Shown here: one piece after another, positions 1-14,160 of the stretch
Layout of the letters: each line of letters starts with the position of its first letter
Numbering within the stretch: the stretch's first letter is position 1
Source: Eledone cirrhosa
Taxonomy: Eukaryota
Assembly: GCA_964016885.1 (NCBI GenBank)
Contig: OZ024746.1
Coordinates: 72,106,001-72,170,000, forward strand
Direction: 5' to 3'
Length of the DNA stretch: 64,000 nucleotides
Made by a program: the position numbers and the translations under genes
Notes under the pieces: generated by a model
Databases searched by the model: none
Told to the model about the DNA's origin: nothing
Seen by the model: only the letters and a program-made list of their open reading frames with translations

Positions 1-1270
1 GTACACCACCCAAAAGCAGATGTGGATCGTCTTTACCTTCCTAGAACTCAAGGAGGCCGTGGCCTGATCCAATTTGAACTTGATTACAAGACCACCATCA
101 CTGGATTGGCCAAATACCTTGAAACAACTAACGACTGTATGCTGAAACTTGTTGAAAAGCATGAGAGAAGTAAGAAGCTTCATTCTATCTTGAAGGAGAG
201 CAAAAAATATGCTACTGATCTCATGCTTGATACCCAGGCTAGACAGACTAAAGAAACTGTTGCAACTGATGCTGCTAGGCACATAAAATCACTGGCAAAA
301 GCAAAAGGGCAAGGACAATTAGCATCAAAGTGGGAGCAGAAACCTCTGCATGACAAATATGTGGCCCGTAGCAAACAAGCTGATGTTGACCAAAAGCACA
401 CCCATCAGTGGCTTCGTAGTTCAGGGCTAAAGGCGGAGAGTGAAGGCTTCATCTTACTGCCCAAGATCAAATCTTATTGACTCGTAATTACCAGGCCAAT
501 GTGATGAGAAACGGAATAAACCCAAAGTGCCGATTCTGCAATGCTGAGGTTGAAACAGTGGATCACTTAGTCTCTGGATGTAAAGTTTTAGCACCAGTAG
601 AATACAAATATAGACATGACAGAGTTGGCCAATATCTACACTGGGTAATATGTCGGCATTACAAAATCAAAGGTGAAGACAAGTGGTACAATCATCACCC
701 TGAGGCTGTAACTGAAGGAGAAAAAGTAACAATTCTCTGGGACTTTCCTGTACATACTGACAGGACCATAAAAGAAAATAGACCTGACATCATTGTAAAA
801 GATCAACATAACAAGGTCTGTTTAGTGATAGATATGAGCATCCCATGTGATCACAATATCGCGGCAAAAGAATTTGACAAGCTACGAAAATATAAAGATC
901 TGCTTATTGAAATTGAGAAAATGTGGCACCTCAAGGCCGTTACAATACCAGTGATTGTGGGAGGACTGGGAATGATCAAGAAAGGAACAGAACAATATTT
1001 GCGAATGATTCCTGGTTTACCCTCTCTGCACGAGGTGCAAAATATTGTTTTAACTGGTACTGGACGCGTATTGAGAAGAGCACTATCTCTGTAAGATTGA
1101 TATCCCTCCTTGTATTTACATATGCATATGCACATGTGTATATATGTATACTGTTTTTTTATAATTATAATCAATGTGCTGTATTAACTGGCTTACCAAT
1201 GCACACTGTGAATTTATTTGCCCTAGGTGTCAGGAAGACTCTCGGCATATATCTCAGAAACAATAATGAA
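1..1270 (+). mobile_element. 3' part of an R4/Dong-clade RLE non-LTR retrotransposon (frameshifted ORFs 22-480, 477-1094)
   Basis: DRLYLPRTQGGRGL, CRFC-x8-H-x4-C zinc motif, RHD motif, PDI..D..K restriction-like endonuclease; followed by (AAT)n. Confidence 0.9.
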
Positions 1271-1282
1271 AGAAAATAAAAA

Positions 1283-1309
1283 CAATAATAATAATAATAA
1301 TAATAATAA

Positions 1310-1340
<31 letters not shown>

Positions 1341-1447
1341 AAGAAGAAGAAGAAGAAGAAGAAGAAGAAGAAGAAGAAGAAGAAGAAGAAGAAGAAGAAG
1401 AAGAAGAAGAAGAAGAAGAAGAAGAAGAAGAAGAAGAAGAAGAAGAA
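1283..1447 (+). repeat. (AAT)n followed by (AAG)n microsatellite between two RLE elements
   Basis: Direct sequence. Confidence 0.95.
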
Positions 1448-4400
1448 CGAGGTGGCGGAGGTCATGAAATCGCTCCCGTAAGTTTTGAATTTTTAACATA
1501 TTTAAATCATTTGTGAAATAACAACTCTTAGTACAAATGCTACGTAAAGCACCCGGCTTGAGCCCAAAAAAAATTCGGACCCAAAATATATTGTTATAAG
1601 GCTCAAATATTCAAATATTCAACTTTGTATTGTACACTGTATATCCAAAAAAGAAAATGGCTATAAATGAAAGAAGAAACCCCCCCCCTCCTCTCCTCTG
1701 TCTACACTATATAGAGCAGCCAAACTCACCAACACCAGAAACTAGATACACCACCCACCTCATCACCTGTGTACACTAAACACAACAGCCAGATAACGGC
1801 AATTTCACCACCACCGCTCACTACTGCCATCATTACCACCACTATCCCATCACCACTCCTTCACTCCTTCACTGCTACCACCGCTACAACACCATCACTA
1901 CAGTAATACTAACACATCACCACCACCACTGCCTCGGTATCGACATCACCACCACCACTCTCTCAGTATCGCTACCGCCGCCAGTCCTCCACTTCTTCCA
2001 GCTGGCTGCTGCCACCACATTATAGAATTCCTACTACTAAAAAAGAGGAAGGCATCAAAATATATAGATAGACTCAAAAGAAAAAAGGAAAAACAAACAA
2101 CAAAACCAAAGCAGCACAGCAACAACAGCAAAAAACGAGAAAAACAAACAGTGAAAAACAAAAACAAAAAAAAACAAAAAACGTAAAGAAAATAAGAATG
2201 AAGAGAGAAGCAGGCGGACGGACAGAGAAAAGGGGGGAAAAACTAAAACTAAAAAAACAAAAACTAAGTCAGACATTCGAACACTACATTACAATGAAAC
2301 TTATGCTTATTCATTTTTGGGGCCCTTTCTGCCTGTGTGTTTGTTTGTTTATGTGTGTTCGTATACAGCGTGGTGATAATGCCACACAAGGGCCAAGTGG
2401 AACGGCGAATCCACAGATGGCTATGTAACCATACATTCGCCAATCCTCGATAAGAGTGTTTAAATATCGAACATAAACAGTTCGAATAACGGTGAAATGG
2501 AGACTAGAACGTCATGTGACAGACTCTCACCCAACAGGTGCCCCCTGGCTCAGCAGCAGGAACCTGACTGTCAACCAAATACTGCTGATGTTGGAGGAAG
2601 AAGAAGAAGGAAAGGGGCCAGAACCAACTGGACGAAAGAATTGAATAGAACTGTTATGCAATGTTACCTGAAAAGTAACCCCAAGGAGAGGGGCTACAGG
2701 AGACGGATGCATAAGATCTGGAACGAGATTGGTCTATTTAAATTAGATGAACAAAAATTGGCCGGGCAGGCTCGGGTAATAAGAACTAATGGGTGGATAA
2801 GCGAGCTGGAACTGGAGGAACTGAGCAGAGAGAATGGCTTGGAGATGGCGGGTGTAGTATGCCAGACAAGCGAGCCAGTGGGAAATGAAGGTGAAGAGGT
2901 CGAGAGAACGGAGGAACCACCCGAAGCAGACAATGATCTGAATACTGAGATAAATAATACCTGGAACAGAGATACGGCCACTGAGGAGATGAATGCTGAC
3001 GGGCTAGGACAAGATTCTGTTGACATCCTAAATTTAGTGGTAGATGAATTGAACAATGATAGTGGGAGACCTATGAACCTAAGATTTGTAGACAGGAAAA
3101 AGTTAAAAGAAACAACAGCTAAGGTAAACAAAGTCATCCCATACCTTGAGGCGAGGAGCCTTCACCAGTGCAACAATATCCTCAAAGCAACAGCAAATAC
3201 GGTGAGGAAACTACTTGGTATAAAAGCGAGAGGAAACAACAGACAAGAAAGAGCAGAGCCGTGGTGGAAGAAGCGACTGAGTGGTCAAATCGGGGAAATG
3301 AGAAATGACATAGGAAAGCTTGAGTCACTACTGAATAGGACACTAAAAAACATAGGCACTAAAAATAGACTGGAAATAAAGTACAAAACTAGGAGGAAAA
3401 AGCTAAATATTATCATAGAGGAACTGAAGCAACGCATTGTAGCAAAGAGTGCAAAAATCAGGCGATACGAGAACAGAGTCAGTCAGTATAAACAGAACCG
3501 CATGTTCGACAACAACCAGAAGATGCTGTTTGGACAGCTTGAGGGGAAAGAAAGAGGCAACGACTTGATCCCTGGGGCGGAACAAACTAAAACATTCTGG
3601 AGAGGAATATGGGAGCAGGATGTTAGACATAATGTCCAGGCAGGGTGGATTGAGACAGTACAGAGGGAGATCGGTGAGCAGGCACACCAACAAACTGATT
3701 TGAGTATCACAGTTGAAACTCTTAAGGGGCAGGCCAAAAAACTAACCAACTGGAAATCACCAGGCCCAGATGGTGTGCAGGGGTATTGGATTAAAAATTT
3801 AACATCCCTCCACCCGAAGCTGACGGCCATGTTCAATGACTGCTTGGTGTCGGGTGAGGTGCCAGAGTGGTTGACAAAAGGTACCACAGTTCTGATAATG
3901 AAAGACCGAATCAAGGGTAATGATGTTACCAACTATAGACCTATCACATGTCTGTCCGTAATGTGGAAACTGTTGACGAGCATTGTGTCTGAGGAAATCT
4001 ACCATCACCTCCACACAAACAACTTGTTACCGGACGAACAGAAAGGATGCCGAAAGAAGTCACGTGGTACAAAGGACCAGTTGCTTATTGATAAGATGGT
4101 AATGGGGAATTGCAGGAGGAGACACACTGATCTTGCCATGGGATGGATAGACTACAGAAAGGCATTTGACATGGTGCCTCATTCTTGGATCACCAAAAGC
4201 CTGGAGATCTTCAGGGTGGCAGATAACATCAGACAGTTGCTGGGCAGGAGTATGGGGTCCTGGGAGACAGAGTTGACATCAACTGGAGTATCCTTGGGAA
4301 GCGTGAAGATCAAGAGAGGTATCTTCCAGGGAGATAGCCTGTCCCCTCTGTTGTTTGTCCTTGCCCTGATGCCCTTGACCATTATGCTGCGAAAAGTGAG

Positions 4401-5965
4401 AGCGGGATACAAGTTGGGAAAGGGAGAGCTTACCATCAATCACCTCCTCTTCATGGACGATCTTAAGCTCTTCGGGAAAAGTGAGAAGGAGTTGGATGTG
4501 CTTGTTGACACTGTCCGTATTTTCAGCAGTGATATATGTATGCAGTTTGGTATTAGTAAATGTGGAGTCATTGTGATGAGGAGGGGTAGGTTGAGCAGAA
4601 GTAACGGGATCCAGATACCAACAGGTGAGATGATAAAGGAAATTGACTCTGAGGAAGGATACAAGTATTTGGGCGTTCTGGAAGCTGATGGCATAAAGAA
4701 CAAAAATGAAGGAATTGTTAAGAACTGAATACATTCGGAGAGTAAGGAGCGTATTGAAGTCACATCTGAACAGCAGAAATGCCATAAGCGCAGTAAATTC
4801 CCGAGCTGTGTCTATTATTAGGTACAGTGCGGGAATTCTGAGATGGAATGTTGCTGAACAAAAAGAAATGGATAGGAAGACTAGGAAGCTATTGACTATC
4901 TACAACATGTTCCACAAGAGGAGTGATGTCGATAGACTCTACCTAAGGAGATCTGAGGGTGGAAGAGGTCTTATCAGCATAGAGGACTGTGTTCAGATGG
5001 AGAAAAACAACCTATACAAATACGTGACCTATAGTAAGGAGCCAATGCTCAGAACTGTACTGAAGGAGGGGACAGTAGGCCAGGGGATGTCGAAGGAGGA
5101 AATAACATCAAGGAGGAAGAGCAGCCTTAAGGGAAAATCCCTTCATAGTACCTTCTTTGAGAAAACTGAATTTAGAGATCCGCAGACATGGAACTGGTTG
5201 AGAAGAGGAGACCTCAAAAAGGCTACAGAAGGAATGCTAATGGCTGCGCAGGAGCAGGCCCTCAAAACGAAGTGGTTGAAGCACCATATTTACAAGGAGG
5301 AGGCTAGCCCACTGTGCAGGATCTGTGGAGAGAGAGAGGAGACTGTGGCTCACATTGTGTCCGAGTGTAAACACCTAGCCCAGACCCACTATAAGGGCTG
5401 GAGACACGATGTGATGGGCAGGGTGATCCACTGGCACCTGTGCAAAGTAAACAATTTACCACATTCTGAGAAATGGTATGAGCATAGGCCAGAGGCGGTG
5501 ATGGAGAACAATCAGGTGAAGGTGCTGTGGGATTTTAGGATACAGACGGACAAAAAACTGGAACACAATAGACCTGACCTGGTGGTTGTGGACAAAGAAA
5601 AAAGATCGTGTCTGATTGTGGATGTGGCCTGCCCTTTCGACACGAGAGTGCAAGAGAAGGTGAGGGAGAAAATTAACCGATACCAGGACCTAAAGTGGGA
5701 GGTGAAAAGGATTTGGAACTGCCATGAAGTCAAAGTGATCCTGATTGTCATAGGCGCACTGGGGACTATCTCCAAAAGTTTCCAGGGATGGTTAAAGAAA
5801 ATCGGCTCCTTCACGCTTTTTGGAACGCTTCAAAAGGCATGCTTGCTTGGAACAGCAAGAACCCTCCGATACGTCCTGAATATCTGAGGCTGCAGGTAGT
5901 GGCTTGATATTCATTCCAACGGACTTTCCAGTTAACCAACATCAATGACTGAGATTCAAGGAATA
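1448..5965 (+). mobile_element. Near full-length R4/Dong-clade retrotransposon, copy 1 (about 1 kb 5' UTR, single ORF, (AAT)n tail)
   Basis: The 5' UTR from GTCATGAAATCGCTCCCGTAAG is repeated at about 6060. RT, CCHC and RLE domains are present. (AAT)n at 5963-6033. Confidence 0.92.
2497..5887 (+). pseudogene. RT-RLE polyprotein of Dong-like copy 1, one frameshift near 4706-4728
   Basis: KSPGPDG, NYRPITCL, DYRKAFD, GIFQGDSLSPLLF, FMDDLKL, CRIC..HIVSEC, RHD, RPDLVVVD..D. Confidence 0.9.
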
Positions 5966-5970
5966 ACAAC

Positions 5971-6033
<63 letters not shown>

Positions 6034-6034
<1 letters not shown>

Positions 6035-9000
6035 GGGAAGAAGACGCACATGGTGGATAGAAGGTCGTGAAATCGCTCCCGTAAGTTTTGATTTTTTAAC
6101 ATATTTAAATCAATTGTGAAATAACAATTCTTAGTACAAATGATACATAAAACATCCGGCTTGAGTCCCCAAAAATTTCGGATCCATAATATATTGTTAT
6201 ATCGCTCAAATATTCAATTTTGTATTATACATTTTATATTCAAAAAAAGAAAATGGTTATAAATGGAAGAAAACCCCCTCTGTCTACACTATATAGAACA
6301 GCCAAATAACAGCAATTTCACCAACATCAGAAACTAGATACACCACCTACCCCATCACCCCTCTGTGTACACTAAACACAACAGCCAGATAACGGCAATT
6401 TCACCACCACCACCACCAATCTCAGCATAATAATAATAATTACTATTATTATTGCCTCAAGTTTTAGTTTTAACAAAATGTTTAATTCCAATATTAAGAA
6501 AATATGTCAACACATATACGCGACTAACGATAATTTCACTAAAGATAATTTCACCACCAACACCACCACCACTACCACGATGAAAACTCTGGTCAAGTCG
6601 ACTCAAATTTCTACTCCAACTTCAACACCATCACTACAGTAATACGACCACATCACCACCACCACTGCCTCATTATCGCTACCGCCGCTATTCTCTCCCA
6701 CTACCTCCTGATAGTTGCTGCTAGCACAGAACCGCTACCACCACCACCACCACCACTGCCTCATTATCACTACCGCCGCTATTCTCTCCCACTAGCCCTG
6801 CTACATTGTAGAATTCTCACTAAAAGAGGAAGGCATCAAAATATATAAATAGACTGAATTGATGACCCGGTCAAATAAAAAAAAACAAAAATCAAAATCA
6901 AAGCAACACAGCAACAACGAAAAACGTTAAGAAAATAAGAATGAAGAGAAAAACAAACAGACGGACAGAGAAGGGAAGGGAAAAATTAAGTCAGACATTC
7001 AAACACTACATTACAATGAAACTTATGCTTATTCATTTTTGGGGGTTTTTCTGCCTGTTTGTTTGTTTGTTTATTTGTGTTCGTCTACAGCGTGATAATG
7101 CCACACAAAAGTCATGTGGAGTGACGAAACAACCGGAGACGATGAATTCACCGGTGGTTATGTATCCATACATTCGCCAATCCTCGATAAGAGTGTTTAA
7201 ATGTCGAACATAAACAGTTCGAATAACGGTGAAATGGAGACTAGAATGTCATGTGACAGACTCTCACCCAACAGGTGCTCCCTGGCTCAGCAGCAGGGAC
7301 CTGGCTGTCAACCAAATACTGCTGGTGTCGGAGGAAGAAGAAGGAAAGGGACCAGAACTAACTGGACGAAAGAATTGAATAGAACTGTTATGCAATGTTA
7401 CCTGAAGAGTAACCCCAAGGAGAAAGGCTATAGGAAACGGATGCATAACATCTGGAACGAGATTGGTCTATTTAAATTAGATGAACAAAAATTGGCCGGG
7501 CAGGCTCGGGTAATAAGAACTAATGGGTGGATAAGCGAGCTGGAACTGGAGGAACTGAGCAGAGAGATTAGCTTGGAGATGGAGAGTGGAGTATGCCAGG
7601 CAAACGAGCCAGTGGGAAATGAAGGTGAAGAGGTCGAGAGAACGGAGGAACCACCCGAAGCAGACAATGATCTGAATGCTGAGATAAATAGTACCTGGAA
7701 CAGAGATACGGCTACTGAGGAGATGAATGCTGACGGGCTAGGACAAGATTTGGTTGATATCCTAAACTTAGTGGTAGATGAATTGAACAATGATAGTGGG
7801 AGACCTATGAACCTAAGATTTGTAGACAGGAAAAAGTTAAAAGAAACAACAGCTAAGGTAAACAAAGTCATCCCATACCTTGAGGCGAGGAGCCTTCACC
7901 AGTGCAACAATATCCTCAAAGCAACAGCAAATACGGTGAGGAAACTACTTGGTATAAAAGCGAGAGGAAACAACAGACAAGAAAGAGCAGAGCCTTGGTG
8001 GAAGAAACGACTGAGTGGTCAAATCGGGGAAATGAGAAATGACATTGGAAAGCTTGAGTCCCTACTGAATGGGACACTAACAAACATAGACACTAAAAAT
8101 AGACTGGAAATAAAGTACAAAACTAGGAGGAAAAAGCTAAATATTATCATAGAGGAACTGAAGCAACGCATTGTAGCAAAGAGTGCAAAAATCAGGCGAT
8201 ACGAGAACAGAGTCAGTCAGTATAGACAGAACCGCATGTTCGACAACAACCAGAAAATGTTGTTTGGACAGCTTGAAGGGAAAGAAAAAGGCAACGACTT
8301 GATCCCTGAGGCGGAACAAACTAAAACATTCTGGAGAGGAATATGGGAGCAGGATGTTAAACATAATGACCAGGCAGTGTGGATTGAGACAGTATGAAGG
8401 AGATCAGTGAACAGGCACACCAACAAACTGATTTGAGTATCACAGTTGAAACTCTTAAGGGGCAGGCCAAAAAACTAACCAACTGGAAATCACCAGGCCC
8501 AGATGGTGTGCAGGGGTATTGGATTAAAAATTTAACATCCCTCCACCCGAAGCTGACGGCCATGTTCAATGACTGCTTGGTGTCGGGTGAGGTGCCAGAG
8601 TGGTTGACAAAAGGTACCACAGTTCTGATAATGAAAGACCGAATCAAGGGTAATGATGTTACCAACTATAGACCTATCACATGTCTGTCCGTAATGTGGA
8701 AACTGTTGACGAGCATTGTGTCTGAGGAAATCTACCATCACCTCCACACAAACAACTTGTTACCGGACGAACAGAAAGGATGCCGAAAGAAGTCACGTGG
8801 TACAAAGGACCAGTTGCTTATTGATAAGATGGTAATGGGGAATTGCAGGAGGAGACACACTGATCTTGCCATGGGATGGATAGACTACAGAAAGGCATTT
8901 GACATGGTGCCTCATTCTTGGATCACCAAAAGCCTGGAGATCTTCAAGGTGGCAGATAACATCAGACAGTTGTTGGGCAAAAGTATGAAGTCCTGGAAAA

Positions 9001-10647
9001 CAGAGTTAACATCAGCTGGAGAATCCTTGGCAGGCGTGAAGATCAAGAGAGGTATCTTCCAGGGAGATAGTCTGTCCCTCTGTTGTTTGTCCTTGCCCTG
9101 ATCCCCCTGACCATTGTACTGCGAAAAGTGAGAGCAGGATACAAGTTGGGAAAGGGAGAGCTTATCATCAATCACCTCCTCATCATGGACGATCTTAAGC
9201 TCTTCGGGAAGAGTGAGAAGGAGTTGGATGTACTTGTTGACAATTTGGTATTAGTAAGTGTGGAGTCCTTCTGATGAAGAGGGGTAAATTGAGCAGAAGC
9301 AACGGAATCCAGGTACCAACAGGTGAGATGATAAAGGAAATTGACAGTGAAGAAGTATACAAGTATTTGGGTGTTCTGGAGGCTGATGACATCAAGAACA
9401 AAAACAAGAAGGAATTGATAAGATCTGAATACATTCGGAGAGTAAGGAGCGTATTAAAGTCACATCTGAACAGTAGGAATGCCATAAGTGCAGTAAATTC
9501 CCGAGCTGTGTCTATTATTAGGTACAGTGCGGGAATTCTGAGATGAAATGTTGCTGAACAAAAAGAAATGGATAGGAAGACTAGGAAGCTATTGACTATC
9601 TACAACATGTTCCACAAGAGGAGTGATGTCGATAGACTCTACTTTAGGAGATCTGAAGGTGGAAGAGGTCTTATCAGCATAGAGGACTGTGTTCAGATGG
9701 AGAAAACCAACCTACATAAATACGTGACTGATAGCAAGGACCAATGCTCAGAATTGTACTGAAGGAGAGGACAATAGACCAGGGGATGTCCAAGGAGGAA
9801 ATAACAACAAGGAGAAAGAGCAGCCTTCATGAAAAATCCCTTCATAGTAACTTCTTTGAGAAAACTGAATTCAGAGATCCACAGACATGGAAATGGTTGT
9901 AAAGAGGAGACCTTAAAAAGGCTACAGAAGGAATGCTAATGGCTCGCAAGAGCAGGCCCTCAAAACGAAGTGGTTGAAACACCATATTTACAAGGAGGAG
10001 GCAGAATCTGTGGAGAGAGAGAGGAGACTGTGGCTCACATTGTATCCGAGTGTAAACACCTAGCCCAGACTCACTATAAAGGCTGGAGACATGATGTGGT
10101 GGGCAGGGTGATCTACTGGCACCTATGCAAAGTAAACAATTTACCACATTCTGAGAAGTGGTATGAGCATAAGCCAGAGTCGGTGATAGAAAACGATCAG
10201 GTGAAGGTGCAGTGGGATTTTAGGATACAGACGGACAAGAAACTGGAACACAATAGACCTGACCTGGTGGTTTTGGACAAGGAAAAAAGATCGAGCCTGA
10301 TTGTGGATGTGGCCTGCCCATTCGACACGAGAGTGCAAGAGAAGGAGAGGGAGAAAATTAATCGATACCGGGACTTAAAGTGGGAGGTAAAAAGGATTTG
10401 GAACTGCCATGAAGTCAAAGTGGTCCCGATTGTCATAGGCGCACTAGGTACTATCTCAATAAGTTTCCAGGGATTGTTAAAGAAATTTGGCCCCGCCCCG
10501 CTTTTTGGAACGCCTCAAAAGGCATGCTTGCTGGGAACAGCAAGAACCCTCCGATACGTCCTAAATATCTGAGGCTGCAGGTAGTGGCTTGATATTCATT
10601 TCAACAAACTTTCCAGTTAACTAACATCAATGACTGAGACTCAAAAA
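6034..10647 (+). mobile_element. Dong-like copy 2, decayed (ORF pieces 7201-10572), same family as copy 1
   Basis: Colinear with copy 1 including the 5' UTR; several frameshifts and stops; ends in (AAT)n at 10648-10678. Confidence 0.92.
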
Positions 10648-10678
10648 ATAATAATAATAATTATAATTATAATAATAA

Positions 10679-13200
10679 TGTTTTCTTTATTAACCACAAG
10701 GGTTTACATAAAGTAGACATTAAGGACAGTACAGGACAATACAGGAGGGTACAAATGGGCTTTTCTGCGTGTAAAAAAATAAAAACAGAGGATGTAACAA
10801 AAAAATAACAATGAAAAATTCCCCAATAGGGGGGAGACTTCCGAGGGACATTTGTAGAGAAAGCCCATTAAAAGGCCACAGTGACCCTGACCACCAGGGC
10901 AAGTGCCCCTTCCCAGTTTTCCACCTTGAATTTACAGACACATACTCAGAGTGGGCCCATTCACTCGGGCCATACTTGCTTCTCTCACCCATCTTTCAAC
11001 AAAATGCTGGGAAGAGAGCACTTCCCTCTCTACCCTGATTTTCCTTTTCAAATGAAATTTGAAAAAGTTAATCAGGGCATCACCGAACACGTAAGTGCTC
11101 GTCTTCAGCCCTTTCAAACGTGTCCACCATACTATCTCTTTCGCCATGGCCACCAGACAGATAAAAACTTCCTGCCCTTCCCGGCTAAAGGAAGAGGGCG
11201 GAGCAATCCTCACGATGGACTCAGCTGATAGCTGGATCCGTCCTATACGTGACAGCAGGTTTTCGACATAAACCCACAAGTCAGCAATGCTCGGACACTG
11301 GACGAGTGCGTGCACGATGGTTTCGTCGCCATGCGCGCATCTCGGACATGCCCGGCTGACGGCACCTCCATGCCGGTAGAGTTTATCCCGAACTGTCAAA
11401 GCTCCTCGGTAGCACTGCCAGGCCAGGGATTTCTGGAAGTTGTCCATAGGCCCCGGCCCGAAAGTTCTTCCGAAGAAATTGGCTAGTTGATTTTCGTCGA
11501 CGCCTAGAGTTTCTCCAAGTACGTCGTCGCTCTTCCCCTCCACTAATCCTCTATAGAACGCGAAGGTGGAGTTTCCACCGCTCACATTGCCCGATTGGTC
11601 GAGGGCTGTGAGCGCCTGAAGACATTCCAGTCTCCAAGCACTCCCTCTCGGTCTTCGCTTGACCCAGGACTGCAGCTCCGTCAAGGAGACGAGCTGTGGG
11701 AAAACGTGCCTGGCGAACGGCGACCATACTTGTTCACCGCCAAGGAAGCACCAGAGATGTCGCAGCTTCAGCGCATGTTTGCGCATCATCAGGTATGGCA
11801 TGCCCAGTCCTCCACGCAACGGGTGTTGACAGCAGATGGATCGTCTGACCATGGGAGCGCGTCCCTTCCACAAAAAGCGGAAGAGGAGGAGCTCCATCTT
11901 GGTGAGAGTTGGGCTGGAGCAAGGGACGACGGTGAGGCGGTAGCAGATGACGGATGCGATGTACGCATTCACCACCTCCGCCCGGCCTTTCAGGGACAGC
12001 TTCCTCTCGGCCCATTTCTGGGTGAGGGAGGCCACCCTGCTCGTCACCTCGTTCCAGTTTTTCCCATCTGGAGGTCCGGTCGTCCGAACCAGACCCCGAG
12101 CAATTTAACCGGTCCGTCCGTCCAACGCCCCACGACGCTGTCGGACGGCATGGACTTTCCTCTCCAGGTGCCGAGCTGCAAGCCCACCGACTTTTCCTGG
12201 TTTATCTTCGCTCCTGTCCCCGCTTCGTATTCCTTGAGAGCGGTGCCGAGCATCTGGACGTGTCTGGTGCTCAACACCACCACAGTGAAGTCGCCGGCGT
12301 AAGCTGACTCGGATTTCCCGCAACTTAGTTCGCGTGTGACGCCCCTGATCGCCCACAGTTTGTGCTCGAGAGCCAATACGTACAAGAGGGACGAGAAGGG
12401 ACAACCCTGGCGGACTGAGCGCATGATGCTGAACGGCTGCGACAGGTGACCGTTGACCCTCACAACTGAGCAGATGTCGCTGTACATCGCAGCGATCCAA
12501 CCCCTGAAAACGGGCCCGAAACCGGCTGCCTCGAGGACCGCCGCCAGGTACCGATGGTCGACCCTATCAAATGCTTTGGATTGATCCAAGTTGACCCACC
12601 CTGGCCAGGTTCCTTAACCACCCTCTCTATGATGTATCACATGAGGTGGAGGTTGTCGTGTATGGATCTGTCCGGAATGGCGCATTTCTGCACCTCTCCA
12701 ACCGGACCCTTGACGACAAGCGCCAACCTCGTTGCTAACCCCTTGGCCAAAATCTTGAACTCTGCGTTTAGCAGGGTTATGGGCCTGAAATTATCGATAA
12801 CATCCCCCTTGTTCGGGTCTTTTCTAAGCAGCGCCAGCGCTCCCCGGCTCACAAAACTGGAAATGCTCCCGTTCTGCTGCCAGTTGCAGTAGACGTCTGC
12901 CAAGAGGTCACCGAACAAGTCTGGCATAAATGCATAAAGCTCGTAGGGCAGACCATTCAAACCTGGCGATTTACCCCTCGTGCAGTTAGCCATCGCTTCC
13001 CGTATTTCACCGACTGTTATTGGCTTTTCGCAACACTGTGTTGCGGTCGTCGAGAGCCGAGGCAGTCCGTCGAGGTATGCACTAAGTCCATGCTCCGATC
13101 CGGGCCACTGCTGCTCCCGAACAGTTCAGCAAAGTGCTGCTGAAAAGCTTCACACATCTGCTCGGGTTCGAGCAACACGCACCCGTTTTGCTCAGACAAA
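10679..13200 (-). mobile_element. Tx1/L1-clade LINE, 5'-truncated ORF2 (RT + C-terminal CCHC), tail-to-tail with Dong copy 2
   Basis: KSPGLNGLPYE, FRPITLLN, DQSKAFDRVDH, VRQGCP, CPRC..H..C; 3' end CTTGTGGTTAATAAAGAAA; 3' UTR near-identical to 62954-63230. Confidence 0.9.
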
Positions 13201-14160
13201 GATTTCTTTATTGGCCACAAGGGCTGACATCAAGAAAAACATTACAGACGGCACAGGACGGCACAGGACGGTACAGGATGGTACGATGTGGGTTTTGTGT
13301 GTGTAAAGATTTTTTATTATTTATATAAGAAACGAAAAAGAAAAAAGAAATAGAAACATATATATATATAAATAATAAAAATGAAAATTCAAACAATGAA
13401 AAATTCCCCAATAGGGGGGAAACCGAGGATTACTCGTGGCGAAAATCACACAAAAGACCACGGCCACCCTAACCACCAGGGCAAGCGACCTCTCTCAATG
13501 TTTTCCCATTCCTCAAACTACAAGCGCATATTCAGAGCGGTCCCGTTCACTCGGACCATTCTCGCTACATTCACCCACCTTTCAACAAACTTGCTAGAAG
13601 ACAGCACTTGCCTCTCCACCCTGCTCGGCTGACGGCACTTCCGTGCCTGTAGAGCTTATCTCGAACCGGCAAAGCTCTCCGGTAGCACTGCCAGGCCAGG
13701 GATTTCTGGAAGTTATCCATAGGCCCTGGGCTGAAAGTTCTCTGGAAGAGAGCAAACAGCTGATTTTCTTCGACGCCCAGAATCTCTCCGAGAACGCCAT
13801 CGCTCTTCCCCTCCACTAGTCCTCTATAGAACGCCGAGGTGGATGTTCCACTGATACTGGTGCCCAGCTGGCAGAGGGCAATGAGAGCCTGGAGACATTC
13901 CAGTTTCCAAGCGCTATCCCTCGGTCTTTTCCTGACCCAGGACTGCAGTTCCGTCAAGGAGACGAGCTGTGGGAAAACGTGCCTGGCGAACGGCGACCAC
14001 ACCTGTTCACCGCCAAGGAAGCACCAGAGATGTCGCAGCTTCAGCGCATGTTTGCGCATCATCAGCCATGGCATGCCCAGTCCTCCACGCAACGGGTGTT
14101 GACAGCAGATGGATTGTCTGACCATGGGAGCGCGTCCCTTCCACAAAAAGCGGAAGAGGA
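13201..14160 (-). mobile_element. Tx1-clade LINE 3' fragment with internal deletion (family of the 54080 copy)
   Basis: 3' UTR matches 54080-54340; ORF2 C-terminal peptides (GGLGMP, LAWQCYR). Confidence 0.85.
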
